DNA of 64,000 nt from Octopus sinensis. Lineage: Eukaryota. Location: assembly GCF_006345805.1 (NCBI RefSeq), contig NC_043003.1, forward strand, positions 35,464,001 through 35,528,000, in the 5' to 3' direction. Of the stretch, positions 54,803 through 64,000 are shown one piece after another (within the stretch, counting starts at the first letter, position 1; the number at the start of each line of letters is the position of its first letter). Below the pieces are notes generated by a model. It was not told where the DNA came from. It searched no databases and saw only the letters and a list, made by a program, of their open reading frames with translations. The translations under genes and the position numbers were made by a program.

Positions 54803-55181
54803 TACTTTTACTTTTACTTGTTTCAGTCATTTTACTGCGGCCATGCTGGAGCACCGCCTTTAGTCAAGCAAATCGACCCCGGGACTTATTCTTTGTAAGC
54901 CCAGTACTTATTCTATCGGTCTCTTTTGCCGACCGCTAAGTGACGGGGACGTAAACACACCACCATCGGTTGTCAAGCAATGCTAGGGGGGGACAAACAC
55001 AAACACACACACACATATATATATATACGACAGGCTTCTTTCAGTTTCCGTCTACCAAATCCACTCACAAGGCATTGGTCGGCCTGGGGCTATATCAGAA
55101 GACACTTGCCCAAGATGCCACGCAGTGGGACTGAACCGGAACCATGTGGTTGGTTAGCAAGCTACTTACCACACAGCCACT

Positions 55182-55184
<3 letters not shown>
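54803..55184 (-). mobile_element. SINE family A, full length
   Basis: Reverse complement of 19691-20110, including the A-box (aggagtggctgtgtgg) and tail. Confidence 0.92.
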
Positions 55185-55232
<48 letters not shown>

Positions 55233-55238
55233 TATATA

Positions 55239-55300
<62 letters not shown>

Positions 55301-55302
<2 letters not shown>

Positions 55303-56110
55303 AACCTACTTGGAAATGGACGCGTGGAGTTCGATCATATAATTATATAAATAATATATAAATATATGCATATATACATACATATATGTACATACCTACA
55401 TACATATGTAAATATACATGCATATATGGGTACAATATATCAGACAATATGAGATACGAGATCATAAAAAGCAAAAATATAGAAAACAAACTTTTTTCGA
55501 ACAACGAACGAATGACACAAATAGAGAACCAAGACAGGCAACATAAAGAACATTCCCTTCATCAGCTGTCTTCTGTTTCATCTACTCCGCTTTTCGAAGG
55601 TAGGGACAAGACGCAACTTTATTGAAACAGTTCTTCACGCAAAACAAATTAAATAAAATTTGGGATTTTTTGCGAAGGTAACAAAAAAAGGACAGAGAGG
55701 ACAAAACAGTAAAAACAAACAGCGAGGGTTGTTAAGCCAAGAGGATGTGAAGTGGTGAACGCTGGAAAAACGAGCTTTGAGAAGAGCCAGGTAAAAGTAT
55801 ATCTTGTCTTTAGGAAGTAAGTGGAAGAAAGAAAGATGGCTGGCCGTTGGTCACGTGTGAGAAACGAGAGAGTCAAGGCGTAAGAGTGAGAGAGAGATAG
55901 AAGGGGGTAACGGTGAAGTGGGGAGGAAAAATAGGGAAAGTTTGGGAGAAAAAACAGAAAGAAGAACTAGAGGTAGATAGACAGAATAGAGACAGAATAA
56001 GAGTGCGCATCGTTATTATTAAGATAAAGCATAGTTGGAAATAGATGCGTGTCTTTCGATCATATAATAATATAAATAATATATACATATATGCATATAT
56101 ACATGCATAT
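55301..56110 (-). mobile_element. Penelope-like element remnant with partial direct terminal repeats
   Basis: Direct repeat ttggaaat.ga.gcgtg..ttcgatcatataat.atataaataatatata at about 55310 and 56035. The minus-strand peptide SKLVFPAFTTSHPLGLT resembles the PLE terminus L.T..P.GLN. Confidence 0.55.
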
Positions 56111-56579
56111 ATGTTCGGCCATTTTGTCTACGTTTTTTTTGTGTCCAGTACACGTATATGCATGTATATATACATATACATGTTGGTATGTACATATATG
56201 TATGTATATATGCATATATTATATTATATCATATATATATATATAATATATATATATATATATAATATATATAATATATATATAAGTGGTGTTATGTTGC
56301 CAGCTTAATGTGTTAATGTGGCAGTCCCAGGAAAGAGAAGAATGCTACTGCTATTTAGCCCCAAGAAATACCGTTTCTAGTTATCTATGTGGCACCAGCG
56401 TTCTCTGTCCTTAAGTGTTCAAACAGGGGAGATAAGCATCTCCACCCAACAAAGCCAGCATCCAGAGACTAGTTTTAGTGTAGTTGCTCTTCTTCTGTCT
56501 TAAGTAGCTTGGCCTTGCTACCTGTCGGTGCTAAATCGCTGTTGAAAATTTCATTTCTATATTTAAGAGATGAGAAATT

Positions 56580-57067
<488 letters not shown>

Positions 57068-57949
57068 ATTATCGAATTCATGTAAAAAAAATTCACTGAT
57101 CTACAAACTTAGAAATATTGCATTTCTAAATCTCTCTGACAGGGTTTGAAAATGCTTATCTCCCCTGTTTGAAAACTTAAGGACAAAGAACGCTTGTTTC
57201 ACGTAGCCAACTAAACATGGTGTTTCTTGGGGCAAAATATCAGCAGCATTCTTCCCTTTCCTGCTACTGCTACATTTAGTTGGCAAAAAACCATCACTTT
57301 ATCGTGCTGCTAGAGTATAACTCTCTCTGAGAGATTTAGAAATGCAATATTTCTAAATTTGTAGATCAGTGAATTTATTTCAACAGCGATATCAGGTACT
57401 GCTTTGCTACAATATTTCAGATATCATCTGAAGATAAAGATGAAGTTGGTGGAGAGAAAGACCCTGTCGAGAACCGTGTTTGAGGAAAGATCGAAAGCTG
57501 TGTTAAGAAAGGTAGATGCAAGGGACCCGGTTTAGTAGGCTTTGGAAAAAAGAAGGAAATCAAAGGAAGGAAATAGCCGTTAGGCCTTTGTGGCAACAAG
57601 GCATATCCATTAAAAGGACAACAAGGCATATCCCATAGGAAAGACCTTTTATTTCAACATCAATATTTTTAAATAATAAGTATCATTCGAACGCATCACA
57701 ACATTTTTGTATGTATTGTTCTGAGATAAAATAAAATGGAGAGAAAAGATATTAACGAAAGGCACACATACATCACATATACATAAGGCGGCCCTGGAAA
57801 ATAAGTAAGCATATAAACAGATATATATGTATGCATGTATATATATACACACACAAACATATATATGATTGTGGCTGGATATGTTTGTATATATATATAT
57901 TATATATATATATATATAAAAGGGGTTTGTATGACTGTGTTTAGAGGGA

Positions 57950-58365
57950 TATATATTATTCAAAGAAATTCCAACTCTCTTTTTTTATGTTTTATTTATA
58001 TACTTTATAATATTAATGTAGAATATATAATATATAGCATAAATAGTATATATAGTAAAATGAAATGAAATGAAGTATTGATAGTCTTATTGAATAAATG
58101 AAATATTGAGTAACAAGAGTGTTTCAACTGTTGAAACACTCCTGTTACAACCTGGGACCTTGAAGACAGCTTTAATACAAGAATGTATACTAGTCCCTTA
58201 ATATTTTATATTCAATATTTCATCTATTCAATAAGACAATCCGATACTTCATTTCATTTGACTATATATATTATTTGTACTACATATTCTATATTCTACA
58301 TTAATATTATAAAGAATATAAATAAAACATAAAAAACAGAGTTGTAATTTCTTTGAATAATATGT
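57950..58365. mobile_element. Fold-back / MITE-like element with arms of about 160 bp
   Basis: 57950-58109 is the reverse complement of 58212-58365. Internal hairpin gtaacaagagtgtttcaac-t-gttgaaacactcctgttac at 58110-58148. Confidence 0.88.
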
Positions 58366-59570
58366 ATATATAAATTTTACCTTCAGATTTTTATATGCTA
58401 GGGCACTGGCGTGAATTGATCTTAATTTAATTAATATTAAATTTCTCACCCTCATTTTAAATTTATATATATCTTCTCTCGTTACCGCTGGCCAACTATA
58501 GCCATTTTGCCTCGGACCACCGGCACGGTAACACCGTTTTGTTCGTCTGCCGTGCGGTCTTATTTTTTAAATACGCCAGCTGAATTCAATTCGTCTGAGT
58601 CGAAAAACGCCTGTTGTTATGTCCTGTTATTATTATTATTATTTTGTATTTATATTGGTATTATTTTTTGTTTCTTTTTTGTATTTATATTCGTGTAACA
58701 TCGTCCGTTTTTTGTCCTTGTTTCGTATACATTCGATCCTTTTCACAAGGAATCTACTGCTCGTAGCTTAATTTTTCCTTGGGGTTGGCCAGATTGCAGC
58801 AATCTCAAGATTAATCAGCCGAAATTGCGAGGATGATCCGGTTCTTGCCTGAAGATTAGAGGCTTCGATGACCCGTCCGTGCTTTTTGTATCGTCTATTT
58901 GGATGTTTTGCGTTCTTGTCCCATTTTGTATTTATATAAATATATATATATATATATACATACATAGCATACACATATACCATTACGTAAGTGTGAATAC
59001 GTGTAGAAATGAATGTACATCGGGGTGCAATGTGTGTGTGTATGTATGTATGTAAGTATGTATGTATATAAGTATGTATGCACTGTTACAGGCATATTGA
59101 TATGTACATACGTACACAAATATATTTACGTATTTACAAGTAATATAAGGCTAACGTTTGACTTCGTGATTATGTCGAGGTTGTAACTCAAATTCGAGCA
59201 ATGACATCACTTACACTGCAAATAATATCTAGGCCAACCGCACTGATGTTACAAGGAAAGAGCACCTCTTACAGTAAGGGTTCGGGGAGTTATATCATAT
59301 GTTGACATGCCGTCATTCCGTGATGAATATTTTCGTTGTGTGTTTTGTCTTTTCGACCACGTCCAGCCGATGTATGCAACAGATAGCAGAGATGTTAAAC
59401 ATCAAACCTAAATTTGTTAAGGTGAGGCAAGATCACTCCCACTCACTAAACAGCGTGTGAGATATTCGTTTTTTTTACCTTGATTACAATCGTTCTCTAA
59501 TTCACATTTTTCCAATCTTTTGGGATAATCATTAACATGACAGCAATTACTGATTTAGTGTTATGCAAGT

Positions 59571-59610
<40 letters not shown>

Positions 59611-59848
59611 AGTGTCGATTGCTGCTACCAAATCGAACCACTGAAGCACTACAAATTGTATGTCATAGACAAGTCTTTTCAGCTGTTTGTCATATAACTG
59701 AATATCATTTCTTATTTCTATTTCTTTAGGAATATTAGCAATGTATTGCATGCCTTTTACTCACGAAAGAAGTTCCTACACACGCTCACACACACACACA
59801 TTCACAAACAAAAACACACACGTACGCACAAGCACATATATATTTGTT

Positions 59849-59889
<41 letters not shown>

Positions 59890-59890
<1 letters not shown>

Positions 59891-60187
59891 TAGCAGTATC
59901 GCCCGGCGTTGCTCGGGTTTGTAAGGGAAATAGCTATATAAGCCTTTTTAGAGAGTTACTGCCCTTATATAATAGCAAAAAAATGCATTAAAAATGGGAA
60001 AAAATTATGGTAATTTTTTTTTAAATCGTAGACTCATCGTAGACGCGCGCTAATACCCAGAAGGGCTCGATATGAATCACGACTATAAGATACCCGCTTT
60101 TGTTTAAACTGCACCGCAAAATGTGGGAGTAGTTAGGAATCTAAATCGCAGGAGACAGACACACAACTTCACTTTTATATATAAAGA
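59890..60187 (-). mobile_element. Non-autonomous Helitron (298 bp)
   Basis: The minus strand starts A|TCTTTATATATAAAAG and ends with the hairpin CCCGAGCAACGCCGGG, 8 nt, then CTAG|T. Inserted at an AT site in (TA)n with no TSD. Confidence 0.88.
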
Positions 60188-60201
60188 TATATATATATAT
60201 A

Positions 60202-61454
60202 CGAGGGACGTTCAATAAGTAATGCCTCTGACCCACTTGCAGTTGTTTGATATAGCTGAAATTCTGCATGTGCAATTATGTATATCTCCATAGATTAAGT
60301 GGAAAATTACAGCTCTGAACTAATTGTAATTTCTGATTTACAGGTGTTTGAACTGAATCGAGTGTGAAATGGAGCCTGTTGAGAGTCGAACAGTGATCCG
60401 GTTTTTGTATTTGAAAGGACGCACCCCACGGGAGACTTTTGATGAAATGAAAGTAACTTATGGTGATGATGCTCCATCATATGACCTTGCTAAACGCTGG
60501 CATCGCGAATTCAAACATGGTCGGAACTCTGTGGAAACAGTTCCCAGATCTGGTCGCCCCCCTTCCTGCTATTGATGAGGCATCTGTCCGTCTAGTTGAG
60601 GCTGCCATTTTGGAAGATCGACGCATAACTATTCGCCAAATAGCCCATGAGATCAAGATTAGTACCGGGTCCGTGGAAACTATCATTCATGACCATTTAC
60701 ATATGCAAAAGGTGTCCGCCAGATGGATTCCCAGGTTGCTCACACCTTTCCAGAAGCAAGAACGCGTCGAGTGCTCGAGGAGGAATTTGGAGATGTGCCA
60801 AGAAGATTAGTCAAAATTTTTCAAAAGACTGATTACACAGGATGAAACCTGGGTCCATCACTATGATCCAGAGACCAAAGCCCAGTCAATGCAGTAGAAG
60901 CAGCGTGACTCACTTCCTCCAAAGAAGGCAAGGGTGCTCACAGTCATCTGGGACCAGGACGGTGTAGTGATGACAGATTTCCTGGCAAAGGGTACCACAA
61001 TTACAGAAGCCTAGTATGCTTCACTTTTGAGGAAATTAAGAGAAGCTATCAAAATCAAGAGGCGGGGCAAGATCAGCAAAGGCATCCTCCTCCTGCATGA
61101 CAACGCTCCGGTCCACAACTCGCGTGTCGCCAGATTAGAACTCCTCCCCATTCCCCAACTCTCCTGACCTTTCACCCTCTGATTTTCACCTCTTCCCAGC
61201 CATGAAGTTGTTTTTGAAAGGAAAGCGTTTCCTAGATGATGCAGCCTTGATTTCTGAAGTCACATCGTGGTTGGAGGACCAAGCTGGGGTCTTCTACAAA
61301 AAAGGATCTGCAGAGTTGCATCAAACGATTGGAGAAATGTGTAACTCTGAGTGGTTCCTATGTAGAAAAAGACTAATAAATGTGCCAAGTTTCGTTGCTC
61401 TACTGTTATGGGAAGGGGGTCAGGGGCATTACGTATTGAATGCCCTACGTCTCG
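60202..61454 (+). mobile_element. Mariner (Tc1/mariner, DD34D-type) transposon, full length, irritans-like
   Basis: TA|CGAGGGACGTTCAATAAGTAATGCCTCTGACCC ... GGGTCAGGGGCATTACGTATTGAATGCCCT(acgtc)TCG|TA imperfect TIRs, about 1.25 kb, TA target. Confidence 0.95.
60369..61376 (+). pseudogene. Mariner transposase pseudogene
   Basis: HTH region ..RSGRP, WIPRLL, ITQDETWVHHY, LHDNAPVH, SPDLSPSDFHLF. Contains frameshifts, in-frame TAG stops and internal deletions. Confidence 0.93.
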
Positions 61455-61477
61455 TATATATATATATATATATATAG

Positions 61478-61747
61478 TGTTGAGTCTGGAGAGAGTCATT
61501 CTCTTTCGCTGCCTTACAATTTAACACACTCACAGGTAATATTTCCACTTCTTTCTTTCTTTTATTCCCTAAAATTTTCGTTGCGTCTTGCAAACTTTTC
61601 AGTAGTTTTGAGAGTCAATACTATTGAAACGATTACAGGACACAACGACAATTTTAGAAAGATAAAAGAGAAATAAGTGGAAATGTTACCTGTGAGTGTG
61701 TTAAATTATAAGGTAGCAAAAGAGAATGACTCTCTCCAGACTCAACA
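61478..61747. repeat. 270-bp imperfect palindrome with almost no spacer
   Basis: tgttgagtctggagagagtcattctcttt... pairs with ...aaagagaatgactctctccagactcaaca. Symmetry continues to the centre at about 61612. Confidence 0.92.
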
Positions 61748-61781
61748 GAACATGCTTTAACACACCAAATCCAAATACGAA

Positions 61782-61859
<78 letters not shown>

Positions 61860-62666
61860 TACATATATGCATAATAATACATGATTTTAAGGCAAATACT
61901 TTTTGTTCAAAGCGATTACTGATGGTTTAATAAAATCGAAAATAATTATGTATTGAGCGCTAATACATAGAATGGTACTCAAGACCTTCTAATATGAACA
62001 GACGCTTGCAACATAAAATCTAGCCATATGATGAAACAAATACAAACATGCGAACACACTCATAAATATACTTGTGTATGTGTATGTGTATGTGTGTGTG
62101 TGTCGAGAGAAAGAGAATGTATATGTGTGTGTGTGGCTCTATATATGTGTGTATGTGTTGTCAGGTTTTTATATTTTTTTTGTCTTCAGTCTTAATCATT
62201 CATATCTAATCAAACTTAACAATATACTGCTAGTGTTTGAAGCTGTGTAATTTAAAATTTTTCTATCTAAATAAATATGTACACATATTTCATCTATGTA
62301 TATCATCCAGCGTAATTCCTATATAAATGTGAGCAAGTACATTTTTAATCATATGCGAGCGCTTTTGTACTTACATAGATATATTTATTTACATATGTAT
62401 CTCTCTCTATATATATATTTATCTGTTTGAGTCTCTGTGTGTGCGTGTGTCTGTCTGTCTGTGTCTGTGTCTCTATGCATGCGTGTATGTGTCTGTGTGT
62501 GTTCATGTATTCGATGCGATTTTGCTTCGATATATAAAGGCATGCATATGGCTGTATGTTCTCCATGTAATTTTATTTACGAGTGGTCCATATATTTATA
62601 TTTATTCTTATGTAACTATCTATAAATATATTCACATAACACACAAACACACAAACTGTCATCCAT

Positions 62667-62722
<56 letters not shown>

Positions 62723-63406
62723 CTCACTCTCATAACTATAAGCACACCAACATATAAACAATTGTACATATATATTATTATGCACAACTATATATATATA
62801 TATACACATCTTTACAAGAATACCAGTACATATATATACACACACACACAACTACATAATGATATACACACGGACATAATCATAAATATGTAAACACACT
62901 CTTACGTATACACATACGCACAATCTCCAATACATGCACACAGATTTTGATGTTTGGCTCATGCTGCTGCTGCTACTGTTTTGATTCTTTTTGAAATATC
63001 ACGCCTCTTCATTTAAACCACAAATAACATTTTGTCTGTTGATTAAATTTCCAGAAACCCTTTTGGAAAGAAATTTAATTTTCAATTGTCTTATTTCAAT
63101 AGCTTCTGAGAGATCAAACCCGTTCTTCTCCGATTCGATTCTGCGTAAGAAGTTATTCGACTAAAACAAGAATAGTTGTAATTACATTCTTATTGTTAAA
63201 CAGAAAATCGAATCAGTGAACAGCGTTGAAATGTCACCACGTATATATGTCTGTTTATAGGATTAAACGAGGTAATGAGTAATGTAGAGCTTAACAAAGA
63301 ACTATGTCATTGGAGATTTGAGATGCAATCTTTATTATTTGTTTATATATGTATGATTTTATGTATCTTATATGCGTGTCTATATATATATATATACGTG
63401 TGTATG

Positions 63407-63439
<33 letters not shown>

Positions 63440-63469
63440 ATGTATGTATATATATATATGAATGTATGA

Positions 63470-63516
<47 letters not shown>

Positions 63517-63669
63517 TTTATATATATATATATATACGTGTGTATGTATATATATATGTATGTATATATACATGCATATATGTACTCAGGCCTTTATAGA
63601 TAGACACTCATACATATAACTCATGTGTATGATTATGTATGTGTGCACGTTATACATATATCACGTGAT

Positions 63670-63710
<41 letters not shown>

Positions 63711-64000
63711 ATGACTCCATACATACAATTTTTTATTGAAACTCCCGTTCTGTCTTTAAAGGTAAATAAATTATTTTGATGAGCATTGCTCAGGATGGTT
63801 TGGAATCAAACCTATGTGAGTTTATATGTTCATATTTGCAATCTGCAGTTGTGTATATATACATATACATATATATGTATATATATATGTATATTTACAT
63901 ATATACATATATATTTTTACATGCATACATACATTCATACATACATACAGAGAAGTGAGCTTACAACTGTACTTCTCTAAAGATTTGAAGAAGTAGTCTT

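Noticed and set aside
63103-63144. Possible plus-strand 42-nt exon (aatAG...GTAAGA)
   Set aside because: It has only splice-like dinucleotides, lies on the opposite strand to the other candidates and has no other support.

Overview
This is AT-rich eukaryotic (animal) DNA with very dense microsatellites and a 100-N scaffold gap at 29766-29865. The repeat content most resembles an octopod cephalopod genome; this is an inference from recalled repeat families, not a search result. Almost all ORFs in the supplied track are microsatellite artefacts, and no complete host gene is visible. Two candidate minus-strand micro-exons (28790-28852, 26379-26423) suggest the window may be intronic. Recognisable elements are a near full-ORF2 CR1-group LINE (10961-13973), a full-length degenerate mariner (60202-61454), a 298-bp non-autonomous Helitron (59890-60187), fragments of Penelope-like, R4/Dong, Tx1/L1, RTE, hAT and possibly Tc1 elements, several tRNA-derived SINE families, fold-back elements and a 1.2-kb tandem duplication. 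The most notable signal is a set of minimal type-I hammerhead ribozyme motifs (3037-3113, 7905-7968, 47634-47668, 56968-57013, plus decayed copies). One of them sits in the 3' part of a tRNA-headed SINE present in two copies. The window also holds apparent LINE/SINE partner pairs with shared 3' tails. All alignments and translations were done by eye, so the boundaries of degenerate elements are approximate.
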